In this document: positions 23,601 through 36,656 of the stretch, piece after piece | Numbering within the stretch: position 1 is the first letter of the stretch | How the letters are laid out: the number at the start of each line of letters is the position of its first letter | From: Phoronis australis | Taxonomy: Eukaryota > Animalia > Phoronida | Assembly: GCA_002633005.1 (NCBI GenBank) | Contig: NMRA01000648.1 | Span: 16,467-80,466 of the forward strand | Reading direction: 5' to 3' | Length of the DNA stretch: 64,000 bases | The notes under the pieces: model-generated | Seen by the model: the letters and a program-made list of their open reading frames with translations, nothing else | What the model was told of the DNA's origin: nothing | Database searches by the model: none | Program-made: the position numbers and the translations under genes

Positions 23601-26600
23601 TTCATTTGATAAATTTTTGAGATTCCTCAAAGAAATTCACCGAAACGAGTTTCCTGAATGTACCTATTAACTTTTGAAGAAATAAGCTATTTACTGTAGT
23701 TTAGTTGATAAATTATTTGTGATGAATCATTAGCCTGAACTGATACGGCCATCTTTATGCTGTATATAGGTATGCCTTCTTTATAATTGCATACTGTGTT
23801 TATATTGCGACAGTGCTGGTTTGATAATAGCTATGTGGGTGTATTTATCTTAAAGTAGTATATGGGTAGTAGGTGTGACCTAATTTGTTTTTGAGTCGCA
23901 ACTTTGACCATTATCTGTTTTAATGGGAATTCTACGTTTTTAAGGTGTTTCTTATTAATTTTTCATATTTTAGTTAATTAGAAAGGTATTTTGAATCTTC
24001 TTAGGTGTTTGTATGATAACAAAATTTGAAAAAAGTGTTTCTGTGTGAGACTACCCCTTTCCGTCCAATGACTACTTAGCAGTGTATGTTACTTGCCGTT
24101 ACAACTCTGGGCTTGTAAAGACTCCCTTTTCATTGTTACCAGAGATCAGGCTCGATAAGTTAGCTTCTCATGGCTAGTCATTTGATATGCAAGTCGTGGT
24201 CTCTCCTAACTGAGTCCTCTTCTGAGCTAGCAACAACTCGAGACCGATTTTTCTGTGGTAAGTGGTTTGAATCAAACATTATACGTGTCCAAAGTTTGGT
24301 TTGTAGCCACTTAGAGATAATGAACCTGTTCTGTGTATGCTTATTCAGGAAATAAAGCGCCTGGGAGGCTGGTATGAGCTGTGTGATATTGGTATGCAAG
24401 ACCTGCCAGATGGTACTCAGATTAAGCTACCTAATGTCCTGCTGGGCTCTTTGGGTGAGGATCCCAAGAAGAAGACTATCTGTGTTTACGGCCATCTTGA
24501 TGTGCAGCCTGCATTTAAGGTGAATTGGCGAGTGAATAATTCATTACTTTATAAGAAAACAAATAACAAACGCTTTAGTAAGTGATGTCATACATGTATT
24601 TACAGCAGGGCTTGACATAAGCGAAAAAAGCAGACGTCTAGTGTTTTTTGTTGGTCGTCGCTGTTCGCGACTCTAAAATAACAACTGTAATTGTGGCGAT
24701 CATGTTCTCCGCGACCTGCTTTGATGTGTCGCCCTGTTTTAATGTGTTGCTGCGACCTGTTTGGAGGTAGTTGCTGTGCATTTGACTGGCTGCGACTTGT
24801 TCAGAAACGTAGCAACCAGTTTGGAAAAGAGCATCGCCATCATTAAGAATTGCTGAAAAGCCTTCTTTTACTCATATTTGATACGGTAAACATTTATCTA
24901 AATGGCTGCAAAAATACCCAACAAAATTCTATGACTGATCTGCTAAACAAATGACATCAAAGTTGTTCAAGATGCAAACTAGATAAATCTAGGTGCAAAT
25001 GTTCTCCATTTGTTCGCGCTGTTCAAAATTTTCAACTCGAATGATGAAACTTTCTGCCAAAAAAATTCAACAAGAGGTTGTATTCCAAGACCAAATGGCT
25101 TATTGATGCATGAGAATGATGTAGTGCAAATTTCATAAGTAAAATTTCTTGTGTCAAATGTTGGTTTAAAGAACTAGTTTTAGAAGCCCTTGCAATTTTC
25201 GCAATGATTTTTGTCCGAAATTGGTGAGAGTTTACATTAGGAACACGGTTGTGATGCAGGAGTCTCATGTAACGTGCATGTTCATGAGGTGATTGTTTTG
25301 ATTTCCAGGAGGATGGTTGGGACACTGACCCATTTGTACTGACGGAGGTAGATGGTAAACTGTATGGACGTGGCGCTACTGATGACAAGGTACATACACT
25401 GTTAATTGTATCGATACGAGGCTAAAGCACACATCTGTCTCCTTGTAGTACGTGCTTGAGAGATATATTCAGAGACTGAGTCTTCCTGGACTCAGCTGCA
25501 AACAACAAAGTTTTGTCATCATCATAAGTGTCTGGCATCTTTTTGAACATTCTGAGGGCCTTTTTATGGTGGCCTATGTTTGATATTTTGAGGGTCTGTT
25601 TATGGTAACCTACTTTATAGTACTTAGAGTGCTGGTAGCCTACATGTTGACGTATTGCAACAATTTTGTACAACATCAGTTTAGGGCGTAATATCAATGC
25701 TATCAAAACTGCACCATTTGTTTTCGTTGCCAGTAATTTCTTACCCTGATGGCATTGTTTTACAAAGACATGTTGTTAGATGCACTGTTGTCTTGTGATT
25801 TTATGACTGTTGTTTCTTGCTTCAGGGTCCTGTGCTATGCTGGTTAAATGCTATAGAAGCCTTTCAGAAGACTGGTCAAGATCTACCTGTAAATTTGAAG
25901 GTGGGCTCCATGTGTGATGCAATGGGTGACGTTACATTCACAAGGGGGTGCTAATAAATGGAGGTTCCTCTTTTTGACAGATGTTGAGTAGTTTAAGAGA
26001 TTTAGAGCAGAAAGCAGTTCGCCAGCATGGGTCATCTGCAGGCTAACAGTTCCACATGGCTTCCTGAATGATTCCTTATTCGCTCTTTGAGGATTAGCTC
26101 CCATGTTCAGAAGAGATCCTGTTTGAAATATGTCCGTTATATAATTGGTGGTGCTGTGTGAGTTTCATGTCACACTTAGGTTTAATGTCAACAACTTTTT
26201 GAAGTTACGAGTTCTCATGCCGTTGATTTAAAATATTACCATCGATCATTTGGCAAGCCTCATGTCAATGGACATTTTGTAGTTCCCATATTTCTCAACA
26301 GTTTTTCCACATATCGGTCAGCCTGTTCAGAACTGCTATAGGGGATCATTATCTCTTATCTGATTTTGGATACCTTACCCTATTGTGCCTGCATTGACTT
26401 TCATAATAAAGGGCTATTATGGAGATGTTTAAACTGTAGGCTTGGGTAACAATAGGCATTCCTCTGCCTGTTGACTAAAGACCAAGCTACACCACAAGGG
26501 AAAGCACTATGTTCAGCCTTTAGCTGGCCAAGCTTAGATATCTATGTCCATTTCAGTTGGCAGTGTTTTCGAAGAACTTCGGCCCAAGTATAAATATTAC

Positions 26601-29600
26601 ACTTCATTTCCCTCTGATAGCATGAAGCGCGCTTATCCCGAGTAAGAGATGATGGCTGTTGGAAGTTTAAACATTTGAAATGTTCGTTGTAAAAGGATGT
26701 TTCACGAATACCATAATCATAGCTAGGGCCAAAACAGAACAGTATTTTTAAAGTCATAAGTTTTTTACTNGGGTTAAATATCTGAAACTTCTATTCTGGT
26801 GTCTGCTCAAGGCCTAGTTAATGCTTATGTAATACTGCACAAGCGATTTGTGTGGTTGGCTGGCTCACTATAGGGCTATTGTTAGGACGGCTGTGTCATG
26901 AGCGACAGCGGGCAACTGGGATAGCGAAGCGGTCGCTCGCTGAGAGGGCTGACCCTCATGCATACATGACATGTTCTGTACCTTTTGTTTTGAATTTCAA
27001 ATACGACTTTGACTACTACAACTAACAACAAATTTTGAACTTTTTAATGACATTGTTTCCTGTATGTGAGTGTGATACTTTTATTTCAGTTTTGCTTTGA
27101 GGGTATGGAAGAATCAGGCTCTGAAGGTTTGGATGATTTAGTGACCTCCAAAAAGGACACATTCTTTAAGGTATCACTAACTTTCTGATTTTTGCTTAAT
27201 TGGGAAACTCAAATTTAAATACAAACTGTTTGTTAAGTTTACATAAACAGTCAGGCTTGGAAATCATGCCAGGCTCATCTGCAAGGGACAATTAGATGTT
27301 GTAGGATACTGTGGGTATATTCCTGCCTCTAACGCTATTTTTGATGAAGCTCTGACCAGCAATGGTTTATTGATGAAAGGTAAGTGTTGTCTGTTTTGGG
27401 ATCTAAAATATGTACAAGACAGGCATTCACGAAGACATGGATGGTTTCTAGGAGGTATTGATCATGTAAATTGGGTTTGGGATTAAATGCAAGCATGGGT
27501 GTTTAACAGTGAAAATTTACTGATTTCACAGGTGGGCATTACGACAGACATGGGTATTACCTGAGAGAGTATGGTTATCCTTGCATTTTCAATACTAAAC
27601 AGCTTGTAAGGTTTTCAAATGACTGTTTTCCATAACGACTAGCTAGTGTGTATTTAATTTAAAACAGCTTGCATTGCGCTTATGTTGTATGGATTAGTGG
27701 GGGCAGATGGCCCTGCCCCCCCCCCCTCTATTNCCCCTCTATTCAGACATGGCAAAGAGTAAAACGATGCTGATTTTATGAGTTTCGTGATATGTCTTCT
27801 GCATTGATTATTATCAAAACTGCTGGATATAGATTTTGATGAAACTTGACGCAATGGCTTATTGCTGGGAATGTTGTCACCAGTTGATCATCAGGTAGAT
27901 TGGGCTACAACACCTCATATTGACCATTTTAGTTGTTGAAAAAAAATTGGTTGTCCTTGATGAATATGGCTTTTTAGACTTCTTGATGGCTGGGTTGCAA
28001 TATGGGGGAACTTCAATGCTTTGTTTTTGTCTTGTTAGTGTTTTCAAAAGAGAAATTCAATCCTAAAAACTGGAAATGATAGCCTGGATTTTCAAGCTTA
28101 AATAATTTATGATTTATGAAATATTTAAAATTGTTAAATGTGGCACACCATTAGTCAGTTTCCTCCAAAAATTTTATTTTAATTTTAATTTTATGAGTAT
28201 TTTTGAGAGGTCAATATTTTCCTTATTTAGAAATAATTTTATTTAGAATTTACTGTCTACCTTTCAGGGTGTTGACTATGTGTGCATCTCTGACAACTAT
28301 TGGCTAGGTAAAAACAAGCCATGTATCACTTACGGCCTGAGAGGTATCTGTTACTTCTTCTTGGAAGTGGATTGTGCTGCCAAAGATTTGCATTCTGGGT
28401 TATACGGTGGTGCTGTGTAAGTAAACCCAGGTGTCCTCTGGATACTGTCTGTCTTGCTGGAGTTACATGGTACATGTCAGTGTCTTGCTGGAGTTACAAC
28501 GATAGTACATGTCAGTGTCTTGCTGGAGTTACACAGTAATGTCAGTGTCTTGCTGGAGTTACACAGTAATGTCAGTGTCTTGCTGGAGTTACACAGTACA
28601 TGTCAGTGTCTTGCTGCAGTTACACAGTACATGTCAGTGTCTTACTGGAGTTACATAGTACATGTCAGTGTCTTGCTGGAGTTACAATGATAGTACATGT
28701 CAGTGTCTTGCTGGAGTTACACAGTACATGTCATCATATTGCTGGAGTTACACAGTACATGTCAGTGTCTTGCTGGAGTTACAAAGTACATGTCAGTGCT
28801 TGTTACATGTGCAGCAATGCTTGCTTACCGTCTCAACAATGCACACTGCTGTTGTTATGCGCCCGCATGTGTGCATGTGTTCAACCATCATCTGGTGGGT
28901 AAATTGCTTCTTCAGCTGTTTCTACTAAGCTCAGTGAAAGGTTTTCATGAAATTTGATATGCGTTCCTACTTTGGTGAAAACGGCTGACATCATTTTTTT
29001 ATGAATCTGACTACTCCAAGTGGCAGTTTAAAGCCACTTCAAATGATGTTCTGAGTGCTAAAAGCATCAATTTCTTTCTTCACAGGCGTAGGTTTTCTTT
29101 GGATGCAATCTAGTCACTGTAGCCACTATGACAAACAAATTGAATTGGCTTGGTCTGAAGTACTACCAGCCTTTCAATTTTTCTTAAACCTGAACATCAT
29201 AATCTAATCTGAGTAATGAGGAAATTAAGACCAGCTTTATAACTGTTACAGTAAATGATCTTAGCTAAAAGTTGGATTGTGACAAAAGGCGTGGATATAT
29301 TGGGATGTGCAATCTTATATTATTGCTACAGTGGTGAACATTTTAAAGGTCCAAACATAAGGTTTTCTACATTTTTGTGACAGTTGCTGTGATGTCTAGA
29401 AAGTTACTGCTTAGTAAAAGAACCTGAGATTAGTGTTTGAGCAGGAAACGTGTAACTATGGTAAATAAATTTTGTCAACTTTTCTTTTATTGATCAGCTT
29501 TCTATATTATGTTTGCAGCCATGAGGCAATGACCGATCTTATCTACCTTATGGGCACTTTAGTTGATAACAGGGGAAAAATCAAAGTTCCTGGGGTTTAT

Positions 29601-32600
29601 GACACAGTGGCAAAGCTGACCAATGTGGAAAGAGCTACGTATGACCCTATTGACTTTGACCCGGTAAGCTGGCATCTCGATACAATGTGCTTCAACGTGT
29701 GTTTGGAATCATTGGTCTCTGAGAATTGCAAATAATATTGAGGAACTGAGATGTGTTAACACTTAAGATTGCAGAAATTTTATTATTTAGAAATTGTGGT
29801 ACTGTGTTTTCTGACTGAAGCCTTTTTGTGTGAAATCTTTTCACTCCACATTTCTGTTAACATTTTTTAATAGCATTTTGAGCAATAAACCTTACAGCCT
29901 TTGGAACACCAGAAATGGCTGTATTTTTTCCAAAAGATTCTCCAGGACCTATCTTATTTTTTTAATTTTTGTGTGAGGTTAAATTATCAAGATTATGTTC
30001 AAATCTTGGTTTTTGTTTTTAAAAAGTTCACTCCTTGGTATTTTACAAACAGAAGTGGTTACTGTAGTAATTCTCAGCAATTGAAAAAGATCTTTTTTTT
30101 GTTCGCCGCAGTGATGACTGGTTTGCAAATGATGAGTACACTTTAGTGGTTGCAAAGAAATAGCAAAGCTTAACGAGCACGCCAACAACATGATTAGAGA
30201 TCAACTCATTGTGTTTTCACTCAACATATGCTGAGTGTAACTGGACGCATCACAATATTTTTTTAAAATAATCATCGCAGTTGCGGCCAGTGTCTGGGTG
30301 CTTTAATTTGTTGTTTAAAACGTAACTTGGCATCAGTTACATGCCACATCCTTTCATTTTTGACAAAGTTCTCTGCAGGTGTACCTGGTGACAGCTTTAG
30401 CTTCATTGTAACATTTTGTTACATGTAGCATAATGTCAAAACAATTCAACGTGTGAATGTGACTTACTGCAAACTAATGTCACATCAGGGTCACAAAATC
30501 ATTGAATTGTTTTTCTGGAACGGTTTCTGTGCCGTTTACAAAGGAGTTCTTGATAGGCAACTCTTGTTTATTATGTTTACTGTGGTAGTATGCGATTAAA
30601 ATATGAGGTTCGGACACTAAAACTGTGTGTGTGGTTGTGGGAAATGCATGTTGGTACCAGCTCACTTGATGTTCAGTTATTTAAGAATAACATGCATTAA
30701 TTATGTTATTATTCAGGAAGATTTTCGCAAAGACATTGGAGCTCATAAATTGATACACGACAAGAAGGAAGATACCCTGATGCATAGATGGCGCTACCCA
30801 TCACTATCACTTCATGGTATGTGCTATTTATTGCTTATGAATTTAAATAAAAGCAAATTGAATGTAATTACTGGTTGTAAATTTGACGGAGCTTCATGGA
30901 TCTTTCAAATTGTAGAAAACGGACAAACTGAAACCTTGAGCTGGTTTTATCACTCATGATCAAAACGTTTATGGCGAACACATCAAAAAAGAACACTCCC
31001 TTGAAGCATTGTCTTACATTGACCTTAGAAAAGGCGTATTTCTATTCAAAAGCAGTCCGGTTTTCTGTCAAGGAAAGTTAATTCTTTTTGATACAACTTA
31101 CAGTAATCGTTATAGAATTGATTTCCATGTTTTCTTTACTCGGATGTAAAGTGAATTTTGATAATGAAAAAAGACTTGAGTTCATTATGACTCAAGACCT
31201 CACCATGCTCAACTTTTGAAATTAGGACTGGTGCAGGGCTTGGAATTTTCCTCTTTTGAGGGGGTTTCTTCTTTTTTGGTTTTGATTTCCTCTTATTTGA
31301 ATTCCAGTTTCTTCTTTTTTGTCTCTTTTTATCATTATTTTGACTTTATTCATGCAAAAACATTTATTTCACATAAATTTTACAACACAAAAAATATCTC
31401 ACAAGCCTATTCATTTGTGGAAATATGCATCACATGGAAAATTATCCTCTTTTTTGTCATTGGTCATACCAAGCCCTGCTGGTGATTATAAAGTTCTCCT
31501 TGAATAAATTGCATAATGCACTCATGACACCTGGTGGTACATACTGGGTGCAGCCTCTGTGAACGGGTTTGGTTGAATGAGGGTGCATAAAATTTCACCC
31601 AAATATGGGCTTTTAGTTCGTTTGACAGTTTCGGCTGTTATAACATTTTGTGGTCTAACAACACTCTTTCAAACGTAAGTTGAAACTTTTAAACACAACA
31701 TTTGTTTTATGTACACTCTGGCTGTCTGACCATCTGTTGATATCCGTCCTTTTCTCCCAAACTGCTTGATGGATCTTTGTGAGGCCGGGCTATTGCTCAG
31801 TGGCAATTATTTACTTTTTTGTCTATCTCTGTATCTTGCAAGTTTCTTGATGGATGTTCTTGACAAAAAACTTCTTTTTTAGTGACTCTAAAATGTCTTA
31901 ATGGAATAAGGCATGTACAGGTGTGTTGATACTGGGGACTGGAGAGCACTCAACAATATTGGGACAAATCTCCCCCTAATGTTTATTTAAGTTGACTTAT
32001 ACATTTGAAGCGCCCTCTTGTGGAAATTTATTGATATGGTGCCATTTTGCTACATGCAATACAATTGATGGAAGCGAGTCAACACTCTACGTTGTTCTTG
32101 TGTAGGTATTCAGGGAGCTTTTGATGGAGACGGGTCTAAAACGGTCATTCCACGAAAGGTGATTGGAAAATTTTCCATTCGCTTAGTACCAAATCAGGAC
32201 CCCAGTGAAATAACGAAACTCGTTGTTGATTACGTGAACAAAATGCATGCTGATAGTGGCAGTCCAAACAAAGTCAAGTGAGTACATGACATTCCGAACT
32301 TGGTCTTGTTTATGAGTTTCCATGGAAAGCTGTTGGTGAGTGTGCTTATTTATAGCAAGAAGGGCCTAGTGCAAGTGAATATTCAAGCCAACCCCAATTA
32401 TATTTTTGAACTAAAGCACAAGTTTCAATTACCCGCCCATTCCCTGCCAACACAATAGAGAGACAGCTAGCTGTGCTGCCAACAGTCACAGGCACATACT
32501 AGTTTTATGACATAATGAATTGTGGCTCAAGTATTACACACTGACCAGCTGGACTGCTATTTTGTTCATATTACCAAATTCCAATATTTGAATGATCACC

Positions 32601-35600
32601 ATCCAACAGTCTATTTTTATCTGTACTGGTTTCCTCATGGAAATTATTTACTCAAGAAGCCACTAACATAATCATAACTTTCTGAATGTCAGACACAAAA
32701 TTTGTAAAAAGGCTGCAAGCAGCAGTGATTGCTCACACGCCACCTGGTTGCATAATGGAGTACTACTTCTACCTAATGGAAGAGACATAGGCAACTCATA
32801 TTTGACTACAGGAAAGAAACTTTTATGTTTTGTATAGGTCACACTTAAGGAAGAGATTTTATCAAAATTATACTCAATTTGCTTTCTTGTCCATTAGGTA
32901 GTAACCTAGGGTTACTGGAACATGTAATAAGTTATCATTGTGTTGTAGTAATCTGCTACTGCATGCAGTTGCACAACTACAGTAGGTGGTTGGATTATTT
33001 TACAAGCATTCCTTCATTTGTGCAGTTGTTCATATTTAACTTAAAGCTGCATCTTAATGGCTAAAAAGTAAAATTAAACTTGTCTAGGCCTTTTATTTCT
33101 AAAATCAGACTCAGAGCTCTCCTCACTGTTATTATTAAGTTTTGTTACCAACAAGAACATGTCACTTCGTCAGAGACTCAAGAACATGCTTCAGAGTTGA
33201 TGTGAGTTGGCCAGGCATTATCTGTGAGATGAGTTGCTAACGGATCCGAAATAGAACCCTGTTGCAGTAAAGAATATTACGAGACCAAATTTATCAATTC
33301 GATTTTCGTTTTTGGCGATCTAAACAGGGCTAAATTCACCTTTTATATTGAATTTCATCGTTTGTTGTGTGTATTCTTGTAGCTGTTCCAGTAGTCATGG
33401 TGGTAAGCCGTGGATGAGTGATTATGACCATCCTCATTATCAGGCAGCTGGTAGAGCCATTGAACAAGGTAGGGCAGACTGTAATTGGCTACTCAGGAAT
33501 TTTAGGGCGTTCTCTCATTCTATGACTTTACCAGACATCGATCGGTTGTGGGAGTATGATAACATCTAGCTCTTTTGTTAACTGCCCAGCACAGTCTTTT
33601 GTCTCATGCAGGCCAATTATCTAGTACAGGCTTATTTCTGACTGTGTATGAGCACAGTCAAACCCAGCGCACTGGTAACATGTTCGGACAAAATAGATTG
33701 TCCTAACTTCGGTTGTAGTTGGGCGATTTTGGTTATTCATAAAAAAATCATGATCAGCATTTGACGTGGAATTCAGAAATGTAATTAATTTACATCCAAA
33801 ATGTTTTATAATTAGACTTTTATTTTTAACAGCACAGCCCAGTCAGGCTAGATACCATCTTATCAGAGATTAGAGCAATTATCGAATAAAAGAGAGCTGA
33901 CCCTCCAACCATCAATGTCAGAATGGACTTGATCAGTCTTGTAAGATATTGGCTACAGCAGTCATCCGCCCAACTTGCTGTTGTGTAATACAACCAAACA
34001 AGTTGGACTTAACAGGAGAACACCATAATGAGAGAAGCTCATGTCATACCTATTTGCACAGTGTCCCATGGATTATCCTTATCTGGCCATTGCCAAACAT
34101 TTTTCAGCATGAATCCCGTGGTGGACATATCATCACTGCGTACCGCCATGATAGAAATTATAACACAGCTATGGCTGCACTCGATTGGCCAGTTCAGCTG
34201 TCACAACCAGTTGATGTGGCAGAAGCAGCAAAGTGAATCAAGTGCACCCTTAGTGGACTTTAAACTCGTCGCAGTTATTGAATAATATATTGGTTTTCTT
34301 TGGACCTTAGTTGCCACGTAATGTTTGAAAAGTAACCAAGGAAAGAAAATTGTCAACATAGAAAATTTGAAATGCTAACTAACGAATTGAAATTAGCAGA
34401 AGACTTTTTTGTCCCTCACATGGACTCATGAAATGCTGTGAATATTTGTGGTATTGACTTTAATTTGATTTTACTTCTTAAGATTGTAAGTGACTTGTGG
34501 TACACCCCATAAACGAATTTTAATTTTTTTTATTGTTTAGTTTCTCACCAAAATGTTTGGAAATATTTGAAAAAATGGGCACCCGTTATGCATTTGCAAA
34601 CCACGTCTTCGGCCCTTTTGAACACAGTACACAGAACTTGTGTTATGCTGAGATGAAATTTTAGATGACTCATTGGATCTCTTTGTTGCACGTTTTATGG
34701 GATTAGTTTTTGATATATGTCCATTTCATACACCTTTTGACCTAAATTTGGTGATTCTAAATATATTTCGTTTTACAGTTTTCGGAACAAAGCCAGACAT
34801 GACTCGTGAGGGAGGCTCCATCCCTGTGACCTTGACCTTCCAAGAGGTGACTGGACGGAATGTGATCTTGCTGCCTGTTGGTGCCTGCGATGATGGGGCG
34901 CATTCACAGAATGAAAAGTTCAATAGGACCAACTACATCAACGGTGTAAGAAAAGTTGCTAATTGAAATGTCTATGATAATCAGCAACAGTTTGGAACAC
35001 AAATTTTCAGCTAATGTAATCATCTGATGGGTTACAATAATATCCATCACATTTATTTTGGTTTCCTTCACAATTTTTGCCAAACATCTGATGAGAACTT
35101 TGCTTACTGATTGAAAAACTTACAAGTTTTGACTTCAAAAGCATTGTTGGTGTCACATCTCAAGAAAAAAGTTACGTCTTGCCCTCAATTTGCACCAAGG
35201 CGTAGGTGGGACACTTGCAGGTGCCAGTGGTATTTTATGGCTTACGTAGGTCACTGCAGATGGAGAGATATATTACCCTCCCTCTGCAAAACAAAATGCT
35301 CACTGACCTATAAACTATGTTCATATTAATCAGCGTAACTGTAGTAGAGGCAATTACAATGGCTGAGCGACTGATATCTGTTGTAAGATCATGCAGTAAT
35401 TAATTTTCGCTGACTACCAATGGTAATGTGCTAAGCTCTTACTCACCACGACTGCATGCTGTGAGGATTCTTACATGTCACGTAAAAGAAATCCAACAAG
35501 TGAAACATTTGCTTCGCCGCCTCAATAGGCAATATCCTCAAGGTTCATTTTGCTACAGATATGAGCTGTGAGCTGAACTAATTGCATTCGAGTTGCGTAG

Positions 35601-36254
35601 CTCTCCATCTTCTTTCGGCCTTAGAACTCATTTTCAAAGTCACAGCGAAAATTGGACATGCATCACAAGATGGAAGCTAAAAATTTTGTCCATGTAGTTT
35701 TCTTAAGTTTGTAACTAACATTAATTCTCCCTACCTTATCAGTTTACCAATTTTAATTGACATGAAGTTGATTTATGTTATGTTTTGTGTACATGGAGAC
35801 GGAGCTCATTAGCTAGATACCTGTCTGAAGTGTCTAGCAGTTTGCCCCAGTAAGACTCAAACTTCCACGACCTTGAGTAAAGGAAGTGAATTCTTATTCA
35901 CTGGCCACAATGGCTCCTTCACCTGCATCAAGGTGTATATGGGACGCAAAATTGAATATGTTATCTTTTGTGTACTTGGGGACACGATCAGAAAAACCTA
36001 GATGCACTTTGAATGAATGCATTTTAGTTATTCAGTTATAGAAGTTCTTTTGAAATTAGATTCAACACTGATTTCTATTCAGAACCTTGCCTAATAATCA
36101 CTTATGACTTACAATTTAAGCCTTAAAACTACATAACCATATACATTCTGAGTCAGGGAATAAATTTAATCACTTTGTTACAAAATCTTGTTCTTTCTTT
36201 TACTTTTAGATAAAAGTGCTTGCCAGATATTTCCACGAGGTTTCTTTGCTGTGA
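20699..36254 (+). CDS. CNDP2: Cytosolic non-specific dipeptidase (M20A metallopeptidase), complete, 13 exons, 476 aa
   Basis: Exons 20699-20733, 20911-21034, 24349-24519, 25309-25389, 25826-25900, 27090-27170, 28268-28416, 29519-29663, 30717-30816, 32106-32277, 33383-33468, 34779-34945, 36210-36254 (1431 nt). Motifs [76 protein letters not shown]. Confidence 0.97.
21040..21816. mobile_element. MITE with ~190-bp TIRs (GGCACT termini) and 8-bp TSD AAGGTGAG; Merlin- or Mutator-like
   Basis: Left end GGCACTAGTCGGATATAGTGGACCCTATCTTATTCCAAATAAATCCACTAAATGTG... matches the reverse complement of ~21620-21816; TSD at 21032-21039 and 21817-21824. Confidence 0.88.
22340..23018. other. ~339-bp near-identical direct duplication across a single N (likely assembly/haplotype overlap)
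   Basis: 22340-22678 vs 22680-23018 differ at about 4 positions; N at 22679. Confidence 0.85.
28450..28810. repeat. ~32-bp minisatellite, ~11 copies
   Basis: Unit TACATGTCAGTGTCTTGCTGGAGTTACACAG; explains the overlapping ORFs 28454-28957. Confidence 0.95.
35790..35917 (-). mobile_element. tRNA-derived SINE, same family as 401-526
   Basis: GGAGCTCATTAGCTAGATACCTGTCTGAAGTGTCTAGCAG...ACGACCTTGAGTAAAGGAAG...GGCCACAATGGCTCC aligns colinearly with 409-526. Confidence 0.65.
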
Positions 36255-36656
36255 GGAGATCAAGGCTACGGCAAAAATTGTCCGATGACTCAAGACATTT
36301 ACATGTCTCCAATAGTATTTAACTTCGCTGTATGTACCTAAATGTGCCATTATGTCGATAAGACCTTGCCCATCCTATAGTACAGCTGGATGAAAGTAGT
36401 TCCAATAGGTTTTGAGTAACTTTTGTCACATTGTTGATAATGGGATAACCTGGGAGGCACTGAGCTATGGCGAAATATAACTTTACATTTAGACTATAAA
36501 CTGCTGTTTCAGTATTATTTAGTCTCCTCGCTAGTCAACTGATGGTGTTGATAGTGTTAAATTTGCCTCCATTGTTCGTGAATAAAAGTGTCATGTCGGC
36601 AAGTACATCTGATTCAGTGTTTTATTTGCACTAATTGGATTGAACTGCTTGAAGCA

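Noticed and set aside
28450-28810. CRISPR-like ~32-bp repeat array and overlapping ORFs
   Set aside because: Units are contiguous with no unique spacers and lie in a eukaryotic intron; it is a minisatellite.
35799-35853. Apparent duplicate CNDP2 last exon ([14 protein letters not shown]) resembling the real [14 protein letters not shown]
   Set aside because: The DNA aligns colinearly with the SINE body at 409-470, has no good phase-0 acceptor and is out of frame; the peptide similarity is most likely coincidence.
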